Assembly: GCA_963807605.1 (NCBI GenBank)
Contig: CAWECG010000004.1
Location: forward strand, 544,001-608,000
DNA from: Candidatus Bathyarchaeota archaeon
Lineage (GTDB): Archaea; Thermoproteota; Bathyarchaeia; 40CM-2-53-6; RBG-13-38-9
Length of the DNA stretch: 64,000 nucleotides
Direction of reading: 5' to 3'
Position 1 is the stretch's first letter; the number at the start of each line of letters is the position of its first letter. Positions 50,688 through 59,606 of the stretch are shown piece by piece. The notes under the pieces were generated by a model that was not told where the DNA came from, did no database searches, and saw only the letters and a list, made by a program, of their open reading frames with translations. A program made the position numbers and the translations under genes.

Positions 50688-52339
50688 AGGCTGTCGGAAA
50701 ATTCTTCATATTGACATCTCCATATATGGGGATGGAGCGTTACCTCCGTGCGCTCTAGCCCGCCCATCATATCGGGTGGCTTCCACCCGCCAAGGCGTAT
50801 GCTTTACAGGCATAAGCCATGATAGCCGCTGCATTCTTTCCTTTGCGGCGTAGCGGGTGTGGGCTGTAAGTCGCTCTATCAAAGGCTCCACATCTTTTGC
50901 ATCCTGCATATTCATCCTTCCATCGGTGGATATGCTAGGCTTCAGATATGGATGCCCGTGATCTTGAAGTAGAATTTTCTTAACCCAGGCTTGACGTTTA
51001 CGTATGCGTCCTGCAACTGTCTTCAGCTGGTCTGGGCTGAGATGTTCCTGTAGACCAAGTGCTCGTCTGCCAAGTATGAGTGCTGCAAGCTGATGTACAC
51101 TCATCCTTGGAAAGATTGGTTTGTATTTTGCTTCGGCGACTCGACTTGTATAGGCTGCTGGAATCCCTGCTAGGATCCACTCACGCCTCAGCGCTTTTGT
51201 GGCTGCAAGTGTGATAAGCTTCTTCCGCATGAAGTTGGCTATGAGTCTGTTCGCTCCGCCATGTTCAATACCTTTGAAATCGTTCAGGTCTTCAATGACC
51301 AGCACATTAACACCAAAGAAGCTTGCCCATTTGAGAGCCTTCTCTAGAAGGTTGCTTGCAAGCCACAGTCTCTTTTCCTTGCGGGCATAGATGAGTGCTG
51401 GTTCCTTGAAGGATTTGGCTGCAATGAGGTTTCCATCGCTGTTTACTATGACCAAGTCAATATGGGTAGGATTAACATCTATTGCAACCAATCTTGTCCC
51501 AGACCAAGGTTTGATCGGTTTGTCTGAGACCTCGAAGGATACGTAACAGTCATAATTTCCGTCAGGACGTTTCACCAGACGAATGGTGTATGGTCGAGTT
51601 GGATTCTTCGCCTTGACTGGGTGAACTGGTGGAAGGGTTTGGTCGGCGATGGCGTTGAAGATTCGCAGGTACGTTTCTGGCACGTGTAGTGGGACCATAA
51701 AGTTATCATGATTTGCTCCCCAACTTCGGATGTCAAGCATGAAGTCGCCATCAATTTTGCGGATGCGTGTGTGCAGGTTGCCCTTGTTCCATCCATCCCC
51801 AACGCTTACGAGTTGTCCTCGACGCTTCATGCGCCACCTCTCCGATCCTATGTGTTTTCGTCCGCCAAACACGACCTTCGGCAACGTACCATTCTTGAGA
51901 TGTGTTTGGATTGTGGCTTTTCGTTTCTCCAGCTTTGCGATCCGCATCTCATAGCCATGCTTCTTCAATGGGTTACAGGTTCGGTTCAGCTTCTTCTGGA
52001 CTTGGCCGATCTTCCAGTTTACTTCTTGAATGTGAAGGGCCAGCAGTTCTCGCTGACTCCCAATAATGGCTTTGGCTTGGAAGATGGCGTTATTCCGCCA
52101 GAGATAATTCTGAATACCGTAACGCTCCAAAAGGATGGGTGCGACTTCTGGCTGCTTGGTTCCAGGAATAAGTTGGTTGTAGGCTGAGCGGACCATACTC
52201 TGGAATATTCGACATGCATCGTCTAGGCTTAGATTCTGTTGTGCTTTGCAGTGAACTGTGTAGAATTGCAAATCGCAGACTCACCCATAATTCTCCAGAT
52301 GGTGTTTTAAACAAATTTGTATCAATTTTCCGACAGCCT
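50688..52339 (-). mobile_element. TIR-bounded element carrying only a TnpB-like gene
   Basis: Perfect 16-bp inverted repeats AGGCTGTCGGAAAATT (50688-50703) and AATTTTCCGACAGCCT (52324-52339); no transposase, no clear TSD. Confidence 0.75.
50706..52271 (-). CDS. Large TnpB-related RuvC protein (521 aa, no zinc finger)
   Basis: VVFGGRK, KGN, RuvC-I AIDVN, RuvC-II VIEDL, AAYTS, HQLAALILGRR in the RuvC-III position. Confidence 0.82.
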   Translation of the reverse strand: MQFYTVHCKAQQNLSLDDACRIFQSMVRSAYNQLIPGTKQPEVAPILLERYGIQNYLWRNNAIFQAKAIIGSQRELLALHIQEVNWKIGQVQKKLNRTCNPLKKHGYEMRIAKLEKRKATIQTHLKNGTLPKVVFGGRKHIGSERWRMKRRGQLVSVGDGWNKGNLHTRIRKIDGDFMLDIRSWGANHDNFMVPLHVPETYLRIFNAIADQTLPPVHPVKAKNPTRPYTIRLVKRPDGNYDCYVSFEVSDKPIKPWSGTRLVAIDVNPTHIDLVIVNSDGNLIAAKSFKEPALIYARKEKRLWLASNLLEKALKWASFFGVNVLVIEDLNDFKGIEHGGANRLIANFMRKKLITLAATKALRREWILAGIPAAYTSRVAEAKYKPIFPRMSVHQLAALILGRRALGLQEHLSPDQLKTVAGRIRKRQAWVKKILLQDHGHPYLKPSISTDGRMNMQDAKDVEPLIERLTAHTRYAAKERMQRLSWLMPVKHTPWRVEATRYDGRARAHGGNAPSPYMEMSI

Positions 52340-52453
52340 ATTTAATCTTTAATGACCGATCAAACCTCGACAAGACCGGTTGATTCTGGCGCGCGAAATA
52401 TAGGCACGGTCAGTTAATGTTCTATCCGTTTTGAACCTTCACGTACTCTTTTT

Positions 52454-53341
52454 TTATTCGGTGCCGACTGACTCCTCAGCCAACAGGTAAAGTGAGCAGA
52501 AATCCAAGACTCCTTTGCCGGTTGAAGCAGCCTGCGACAGCATTTTGCGAACCAGATCAGTTACAGGCACGGAGACTTTCATTTCCTTGGCCTGTGCGAG
52601 TACAATATCGAAATCTTTCTCCATCATCTTTACGGTGAACGCCGGGGTGAAGTCACGGTTGATCAATGCCTTCGTCTTGTATCCAACAAAAGGAGAGGCG
52701 ATAGCACTGTTATTCATGACCTCCAGCATCTTGTCTGTTGCCAAGCCTGAGCGGTTGCCAAAGACCAGTGCCTCAGCCATGGCTTGGCATGTAACACCTA
52801 TCACCATGTTGAGCACCAGCTTCATGTATCTGGCCTCTTCTCCTGAACCCAGATAGAAGACCTTCTGACCCAAGACCTTTAAGATTGGCAGTGATCTTTC
52901 ATAGGTATCTCGTCTGCCTGAGACCATAATGCCGAGGGTGCCCGCGGCAGCCATCACTGTGCTTCCACTAACAGGAGCACGAAGCAAACTTACTCCTTTC
53001 TCTTCTGCCACTTTCGCCAGCTGGACTGAGGTCTGAGGAGAGACTGTACTCATATCAATCAAAGTACTACCGGGCTTCGCCCCTGCTAGCACTCCGCGGG
53101 GAGGCAGGGTAACAGCCTCTAGTGCCGCTGAGTCTGATACCATAGTGAAGATGATGCTTGCGTCATGCACCAAATCCTCTGGCGTCTCAGCAACTCTTAC
53201 TCCGCGAGCAGCAAGTTCAGCAACTTTTTCCCGAGTCCTGTTGTATACTGTAACGGCATAACCTGCATGGGTCAGGCGCTCCGACATGGGCCGGCCCATC
53301 TTTCCCATTCCTATCCACCCGATGCATGGCCTCTCAGACAT
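52454..53341 (-). CDS. Beta-hydroxyacid dehydrogenase (3-hydroxyisobutyrate dehydrogenase/tartronate semialdehyde reductase family)
   Basis: GWIGMGKMG, YNRT, DMSTV, APVSG, KLVLN, KD. Confidence 0.9.
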   Translation of the reverse strand: MSERPCIGWIGMGKMGRPMSERLTHAGYAVTVYNRTREKVAELAARGVRVAETPEDLVHDASIIFTMVSDSAALEAVTLPPRGVLAGAKPGSTLIDMSTVSPQTSVQLAKVAEEKGVSLLRAPVSGSTVMAAAGTLGIMVSGRRDTYERSLPILKVLGQKVFYLGSGEEARYMKLVLNMVIGVTCQAMAEALVFGNRSGLATDKMLEVMNNSAIASPFVGYKTKALINRDFTPAFTVKMMEKDFDIVLAQAKEMKVSVPVTDLVRKMLSQAASTGKGVLDFCSLYLLAEESVGTE

Positions 53342-53465
53342 TCTGCTGCCTTCTCCTCCGCAAGTTGGATCTAGCCATTCAGGAATAAGATAAGCACATC
53401 ACCCTAAAAGAACCAACTACTCGGCAAAACTCTTTATTTAATCAGTAATGTAAAATAGCCGGCGT

Positions 53466-53601
53466 GCGGCCGTAGTCTAGATGTGGCTACTGGACTATTC
53501 CCAGAGCGCAGGACAATCTAGTCTAGGACATTGGCCTTCCATGACCACTAAGCTGTCGAAAACAGCCAACAACCCGGGTCCGAATCCCGGCGGCCGCACC
53601 A
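53466..53601 (+). tRNA. tRNA-Gly(TCC) with a 22-nt intron at 37/38 (53542-53563) and ~36 nt extra in the D arm; CCA encoded
   Basis: Acceptor GCGGCCG/CGGCCGC-ACCA, anticodon stem TTGGC/GCCAA with TCC at 53538-53540, T stem CCGGG/CCCGG, relaxed BHB, upstream TTTATTTAA box. Confidence 0.88.
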
Positions 53602-53741
53602 CGATGTCATGTGTAGACAAATCAATCTACCAGATGTAGCAATAATTAGGCTCAGAGTCAGAAGTACCTCAATGGGGTTCAATTCTGCTTCTAAGCACCG
53701 AGGCGGGGGGTGATTACGCTCGCGCAGCGAGCGCCCGAACA

Positions 53742-54911
53742 TCATCTGCTGACATGAACCACTTTAGCAGGCGGGAAACCGTTAAAGTAAGTGGATGAAG
53801 CATGTGAATATGCACCAATGTTTTCAGAATACACTAAATCCCCTATATTGAGCTCAGGCAACTCTGCACTTAATGTGATTGTATCGAATGCATCACACGT
53901 TGGTCCAAACACTGCAGAAATATTCTTCTCTCCCTCTTTGAAGGTCTTGATTGGATAGATGCAGTGGTCAAAGATTTGTCCTGAAAATGTATGGTATATT
54001 CCGTCATCGATATAGTAACATGGCTTCCCATCACGGACAGCTTTGCCGATAACCTTCGCAACCAAGGTACACGCGTTGGCCACTAGAAATCTTCCAGGCT
54101 CAGCAAGTATCTCCATATCTGGCGTGAATAGTCTTTTGATTTCGGCATTCAGTTTTCTCGCAAGTAACTTAATCGATCTCACTTTAGGATTGTACTTAAC
54201 GGGAAAGCCCCCACCTATATCGAGGATCTTGATTTTCTGACCACCTCGTGTCTCTGCCTCTTTTAATATGTTTGCAGAAAGCTGCAGTCCTTGGACATAA
54301 TTCTCAAAATTTGTGCATTGACTACCAACATGGAAACTTAATCCTTCAACAACAAGGCCCATACCAAATGCTTCAACAATCAAATCGACTGCCTCACCCG
54401 GATCAGCACCGAACTTTGAGGAAAGCTCAACCATTGAACCGGTATTAGGGACTCTTATCCTCAACACAAGACCGGCATGAGGCGCGTACTGCACTATTTT
54501 TTTCAGCTCTTCAATATTATCAAAAGTGACAAGTGGCTTGTATTTATCAAGAGCTTCAAGAGTCTCTATTGGTTTGATGGTGTTAGCATAGATTATTTTG
54601 TCCCATATCCAATCCTGCCGCTCTTTATCAGGCATATGCTTGATATTGTCATATACCAGCATGAATTCGGGCATGGATGCAACGTCGAAGCTACAGCCCA
54701 TATCAAAAAGCGTCTTCACAATGCCAGGATCTGGATTTGCTTTTACAGCAAAATACGCCTGGACACTAGGCAAATGCTCCTTAAATTCGTTGTAATTCTG
54801 TCTTATCTTTTCGTGGTCGATTACAAAGATAGGAGTTCCGTGCTCCTTCGCCAGCTTCTGTAAAAGTTCCTTTTTGGTCTCGTCGATATGGGGCACGCCG
54901 TTATCATGCAC
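53742..54911 (-). CDS. Ornithine/lysine decarboxylase (alanine-racemase fold, PLP)
   Basis: FAVKANP, FDVAS, SKFGA, SFHVGSQ, DIGGGF, EPGR, GPTCD, GAY, FNGF. Confidence 0.92.
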   Translation of the reverse strand: MHDNGVPHIDETKKELLQKLAKEHGTPIFVIDHEKIRQNYNEFKEHLPSVQAYFAVKANPDPGIVKTLFDMGCSFDVASMPEFMLVYDNIKHMPDKERQDWIWDKIIYANTIKPIETLEALDKYKPLVTFDNIEELKKIVQYAPHAGLVLRIRVPNTGSMVELSSKFGADPGEAVDLIVEAFGMGLVVEGLSFHVGSQCTNFENYVQGLQLSANILKEAETRGGQKIKILDIGGGFPVKYNPKVRSIKLLARKLNAEIKRLFTPDMEILAEPGRFLVANACTLVAKVIGKAVRDGKPCYYIDDGIYHTFSGQIFDHCIYPIKTFKEGEKNISAVFGPTCDAFDTITLSAELPELNIGDLVYSENIGAYSHASSTYFNGFPPAKVVHVSR

Positions 54912-54970
54912 GTGCTTTTGTCTCGTCCTTCCCCGCTTCGTCGTCGGTTTTTGCCATTAGGTAAGATGCG

Positions 54971-56413
54971 CTATTGAACAAATAAGAAGTTTTTGAATTG
55001 CCAGACATCGCTGTTGTCATAATTGTTTGCAGGATTCTCTTTGAAGTATACCAGCCTGTTCCTCAAGGGAGTCCAATCAGACGGTCCTGAAAAAAATTCA
55101 CCAAGGTATGGCTTAGCGATGTCTAATACAAAGTCGTGGGGCAGATCGTCAGGGAGGCAAAAGCCCTTTCTGGGGTTTTCAATCATCCACATAACTGCGG
55201 TTATGACCCCCAATGCCACCTGGACCGTTGTTGCGTTCTCTCCCGGGGCAAGCTTCCTTGATTCTTCTATCGACAATATGCTGCCTGTCCACCACGAGCC
55301 ATACGGATGGCCCATCAATAGAGCACCCAAAATATCTGCACCAGAAATGATATCGCTATCATCCATTATCCGTGACTTTGATTGCATCTCGTAATTCCTG
55401 CACCGGAGCTCATGCAACGATGCTATTGTTGCATCACATGGCATGTACGCGTAGTGTACAGTTGGCCTGTAAATCGCTTTACCATTTTTCCAGACAGTCC
55501 ATCGATCTGAGATTCCAAATGCCTCGCCGTGCCGTATTACCATCCCAACTATTTCATTGTGCGGAACATATGACCGTACCCAAGTGTTAATTCCCATCTG
55601 GGCGAGCATAATCTGATTCTTCGGCCCTGTTGGTGGCACATGAGCAAGTTCCGGAAGCTCTTTTTCATGTGTACCCCATCCCATCTCTGCAGGAGCCGTG
55701 CCTTCTTCCCGTAACCCCTCAATACTCCATGTCCCGACAAACTCATCAACTTGTTTTGGCTTATTGGAAATCTGAGTGTCTCTCTCTGAACAATGAATGA
55801 CTTTTACCCCTATCTCCATGGCAAGCTCAGGAAAATTCTGCTCCTTGATCAGTCGCTTGATCGTATCTGGTTCTTTTGCTATCTCATCCGCAACCATTTT
55901 ATTTGCTATGTCAATCAGGCCTTGCTTTGCGAAATGAGATATCAGACCCGGGTTGGCACCATGGTCAACTACAAATGTTGTGGCGTTTTTCCAGTCTTTT
56001 GTTAGCTCCCGAAGGCTCATCTGTCGGTAATAGAGGGATTTCTCATAGGGGCTCGCACTGAATCTCTCACCATAGGAGTCCCAGTCTTCAACTGAGGAGT
56101 TTACATAGAGCACTTCATGCTCATGGCACCATTTGACGATGTCACAGCATTCTATATTCCACGCAAGATCGATAAGCAATCCTCCCGGCGAAAGGTACTC
56201 TGAAAGAATATGGTCAAGTTCTTCAGGAGTGATTTTTCGCTGGAAGAATTTTATGCCTTTCTCGGTCCATGGCTCAAGTTCTTTTGTTTTGTCTTCGAAA
56301 TCTAGTATCGTGATATTCTCATAAGGTATTGTGATATGCTTGAGCAAGATCGGCAGCGTGCACTTTGCCACTGCACCATATCCAATAATCAAAACCTTGT
56401 TTCTAAATTCCAT
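54971..56413 (-). CDS. hss: Homospermidine synthase
   Basis: GYGAV, HGANPGLISHF, IHCSERDTQ, TWSIEG, RHGEA, YRPTVHYAY, NATTVQV, WQF. Confidence 0.9.
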   Translation of the reverse strand: MEFRNKVLIIGYGAVAKCTLPILLKHITIPYENITILDFEDKTKELEPWTEKGIKFFQRKITPEELDHILSEYLSPGGLLIDLAWNIECCDIVKWCHEHEVLYVNSSVEDWDSYGERFSASPYEKSLYYRQMSLRELTKDWKNATTFVVDHGANPGLISHFAKQGLIDIANKMVADEIAKEPDTIKRLIKEQNFPELAMEIGVKVIHCSERDTQISNKPKQVDEFVGTWSIEGLREEGTAPAEMGWGTHEKELPELAHVPPTGPKNQIMLAQMGINTWVRSYVPHNEIVGMVIRHGEAFGISDRWTVWKNGKAIYRPTVHYAYMPCDATIASLHELRCRNYEMQSKSRIMDDSDIISGADILGALLMGHPYGSWWTGSILSIEESRKLAPGENATTVQVALGVITAVMWMIENPRKGFCLPDDLPHDFVLDIAKPYLGEFFSGPSDWTPLRNRLVYFKENPANNYDNSDVWQFKNFLFVQ

Positions 56414-56523
56414 TGCAAATTCTACGCCCGCGTATTACACCGTTGGTGTGGTGTAAGTTTAGAGTAGCTTAATAACCGATTAGCCATCCCCCTGGCTCCG
56501 GCAATTTTCACTTAAATTCTACG

Positions 56524-56540
56524 TCTCGGTGGCCGCATCA
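56524..56540 (+). repeat. Degenerate direct repeat of the tRNA-Gly 3' end (att-like)
   Basis: TCTCGGTGGCCGCATCA vs TCCCGGCGGCCGCACCA (53585-53601): 14/17 identical, all differences C>T. Confidence 0.65.
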
Positions 56541-56561
56541 CTTGAGCAATTAAAGGGGGAT

Positions 56562-57227
56562 TTAGTCTTTGAACTTCTTCTCTCCGGCCTTTATGGGTAC
56601 TTCAAGCCAATTGTCCTTGGGAGGTAACGGGCAGCTGTAGTCCTCGCTGTATGCACAGTAAGGGTTGTAGGCCCTGTTGAAGTCTAGCAGAAAGAGTCCA
56701 TCCGGTCTCTGCTCCACATCTAGATATCTGGCAGCGTCATAGGACTCTCCTCCTGATGTCGCGTCCCTGAATGGGATGAAGAGCGATTCTTTCTCGCCTT
56801 CATCTTGGGGTGTGAGAACGTCTTTGTATGCCTGAAGAGTCTGTGTCTTGCCTTCTATTGTAAATCTGAGGTAGCCCGCCTTGATGTATTCTCGCTCTTG
56901 ACCTGTGCTGGTGGCAATTCTGGAAGTGGCGGGATTGGGGTATCTGTTGAGTTTGCAGAGGAATCTGTAGGACGGATTCACGGGGAAAAAGTTCAGACCT
57001 TCGAACGTTGATCTCATATTTTCTGGGATGGGGGATTGTGGATGGTTTTTGAAGGCTTGATCCTTTTCCTGACGCATCTGAAGGATTGCTTCGACCTCAC
57101 TTTTCGTCATCTTTCCAAGAGGTTCTGATGGTGCTTCACCCTCAAGTGGGGCCCCACACGAATCGCAATATTTCGCGTTAGCCTCCTGCGTTTCACCGCA
57201 GTTTGGACAGATTGGTTCCGAACCCAT
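56562..57227 (-). CDS. DUF1684-family protein with N-terminal double zinc ribbon
   Basis: CPNCG...CDSCG; PFRDATSG, RYLD, LDFNRAYNPYCAYS...CPLPP..N.L...AGEK. Confidence 0.88.
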   Translation of the reverse strand: MGSEPICPNCGETQEANAKYCDSCGAPLEGEAPSEPLGKMTKSEVEAILQMRQEKDQAFKNHPQSPIPENMRSTFEGLNFFPVNPSYRFLCKLNRYPNPATSRIATSTGQEREYIKAGYLRFTIEGKTQTLQAYKDVLTPQDEGEKESLFIPFRDATSGGESYDAARYLDVEQRPDGLFLLDFNRAYNPYCAYSEDYSCPLPPKDNWLEVPIKAGEKKFKD

Positions 57228-57309
57228 TTTTCGTCGACAACTTACTCTCAGAATTCTCGTGGTTAAGCCTTGTCATTGTTCCTGAGGTTGTAACGCGCAC
57301 GATGGGGTG

Positions 57310-57807
57310 TTACGGGTTGAGTGCGTAGAGGAGATAGTTCAGGCAACTCGCCAAACTTACCCAAGCCAAGTATGGAATCAGTAATGAGGCAGCTACTTTC
57401 GAGACTCTGAAGAAGAAGATTGTTGTAAAGACAATCATGAACCATAACACTACGATATCAATTAAGCCCAGAAGGGGGGACTTTAGCCCAAAAAACAAGT
57501 AGGACCAAAGGACATTCAATGCCAGCTGAACAAAGAACATAATGATGGGGTTCCTTACAGCATCGTTGCCACGCCCAGTATTCCAGATCATGAAGAAAGA
57601 GATGCCCATCAATAGGTAGAGCGTCGTCCAAACTGGTGCAAAAACCCAGTTCGGAGGAGCGACATTTGGCTTGTGGAGATTAGCATACCACGTTGATATT
57701 GCAGGAATCGTGAATATGGAGCCCACGAGTCCAGCTATTTGGCATAAGACGATGGCCATAACCAAACGAGTATAGGTCTTACCTTTGCCCTCTTCCATAG
57801 TATTCAC
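57310..57807 (-). CDS. tspO: TspO/MBR family protein
   Basis: WYANLHKP, PPNWVFAPVWTTLY, LNVLWSYLFF, PYLAWV. Confidence 0.93.
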   Translation of the reverse strand: MNTMEEGKGKTYTRLVMAIVLCQIAGLVGSIFTIPAISTWYANLHKPNVAPPNWVFAPVWTTLYLLMGISFFMIWNTGRGNDAVRNPIIMFFVQLALNVLWSYLFFGLKSPLLGLIDIVVLWFMIVFTTIFFFRVSKVAASLLIPYLAWVSLASCLNYLLYALNP

Positions 57808-58226
57808 CGCATAATCGCGTTATTAGCAAAAGCTACAGTTGACTCATCATTAAAGACGGAACCTACATAAAACACTGATCGGACACGTGTACATGAGACA
57901 AACATCCGGAGAGATCTGCAGAGACGCTTAAACTGCAGGAATTTATCACTGAATACTAAAGAAGCCGATGCTCGTTAGTCAGCCTTCTATGACCGACCTA
58001 AACACTAGAAACATGTTGCTTGACTTTTAGCGCGCGCTGTCTGCCTATCTAGAGATATCCTAAGGCCGCACCATGTCAAGGAATAGGATCCTTAGAAGAA
58101 CTGCTGTAACATAGAATCCCGTTTCTTAGCAGTTAGTCAATAAAAGAGGTTTCGCGTATTATCTTTTTTGAAGACGCCTTCAACGCGTTTGAAAACTATC
58201 TATTCTTAAGTAGCAGCCAATTCAAA

Positions 58227-59569
58227 AAAAGGTGAGCGGGAAATCCCCCACCCTTTAGGGGTGGGATGAAAGCGAACTGGTATCAGCATTATAAGCGGAG
58301 TTTACAAAAAACTTAGTGAGTACAATGCAGTCTTCAGTACGCTATAGGCTTTACCCAACAAGGGAACAAGAGGAGGAGATGTCTGCAATCCTTGAGCTTT
58401 GCCGGTGGCTCTACAACTACTTCTTGGGAATAGTTAGGTACAGTGTAAAGGTGCCAAACAGGAAACTTCTACAAGAGATGATCCCTGCCCTATGCAGATA
58501 CAAGCCTGAGCTTGAGAAGCTACACTCAAAGACACGGCAATACGTCCTCTACCAACTGTACTCTAATCTCAGGGCACTCTCACAGATGAAGAAGAAAGGC
58601 AGGAAGGTTGGGAGGCTAAGATTCAAGGGACGTGGATGGTTCAAGGCCTTCATCTACAACCAATCTGGATTCTCAATCAAGCATGGTGCCAAGCAGATAC
58701 GACAGATGGGATTACTCCACCTCAGCAAGATAGGAGAAATTCCAGTCAGACTGCATAGAGAGATTGATGGTGAGATCAAACAGGTTATCATCAAACATTC
58801 TGCAAACAACAATTGGTATGCAATAACCTCCATTGAATATGACCATCCGATAAATACTGAGCCAGCGGACAGAAGCAAAACTGTTGGGGTAGATGTTGGC
58901 ATAGTAAACTATGCCTACGATTCTAATGGAAGAGTGACCCCTCATCCGCATAACATCGACAAAAAACTGAAGAGACTCCAAAGAGAGCAAAGGCAGCTAT
59001 CAAGAAAGAAGGGATCAAGAAACAGGATGAAGCAGAAGGTCAAGGTTGCATCAATCCATGAGGACATAACAAACTGCAGGAATGACTTCCTGCACAAACT
59101 CTCAAGGTACTACGTTGACAAACACGATGTAATCTGCATGGAAGATCTGAATATTCAGGATTTGATGCAGGGGATCCCTAATGCCAAGAATATGGCTGAT
59201 GCTTCATGGGGAAGATTTGGAATGATGGTGGGGTACAAGGCTGAAACCGCCTGTAAACATCGAATACAAGTACCGCCCCAGAACACCAGCCAGGATTGCA
59301 GTGGATGTGGCGCTAAGGTTCCTAAGACTCTTGCAGTGAGGATACACAAGTGTCCCCATTGTAGGCTAAAGATTGATAGGGACTTCAATGCATCACTCAA
59401 TATAAGGCGTTTAGGACTGGAAAGAATAGGGTGGGAACCATCCGAATACACGCCTGTGGAGATGAAGCCTCTACCAACCATTATTCGTGGGCATGCTTCG
59501 TCGCTGAAGCAGGAACTTCTCCATCCGCAAGGGGAGAAGCCCACACCCTTCAGGGGTGGGTAAGTTCAC
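58227..59569 (+). mobile_element. IS200/IS605 TnpB-only element, family C copy 3
   Basis: AAAAGGTGAGCGGGAAAT-hairpin left end; GAAG-hairpin-TAAGTTCAC right end. Confidence 0.9.
58316..59563 (+). CDS. tnpB: RNA-guided endonuclease TnpB, family C
   Basis: Near-identical to 16575-17828; RuvC D/E/D intact. Confidence 0.93.
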   Translation: MSTMQSSVRYRLYPTREQEEEMSAILELCRWLYNYFLGIVRYSVKVPNRKLLQEMIPALCRYKPELEKLHSKTRQYVLYQLYSNLRALSQMKKKGRKVGRLRFKGRGWFKAFIYNQSGFSIKHGAKQIRQMGLLHLSKIGEIPVRLHREIDGEIKQVIIKHSANNNWYAITSIEYDHPINTEPADRSKTVGVDVGIVNYAYDSNGRVTPHPHNIDKKLKRLQREQRQLSRKKGSRNRMKQKVKVASIHEDITNCRNDFLHKLSRYYVDKHDVICMEDLNIQDLMQGIPNAKNMADASWGRFGMMVGYKAETACKHRIQVPPQNTSQDCSGCGAKVPKTLAVRIHKCPHCRLKIDRDFNASLNIRRLGLERIGWEPSEYTPVEMKPLPTIIRGHASSLKQELLHPQGEKPTPFRGG

Positions 59570-59606
59570 GAAAACATAAACAGTAGCATGTCCGAGTCGC
59601 TGGAAT

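Noticed and set aside
50706-52271. Cas12f/Cas14 effector call
   Set aside because: Size fits, but there is no adjacent array or cas1/2/4, and the gene is tightly bounded by TIRs
57810-58220. Possible ncRNA or replication origin
   Set aside because: No ORB-like repeats or recognisable RNA motifs
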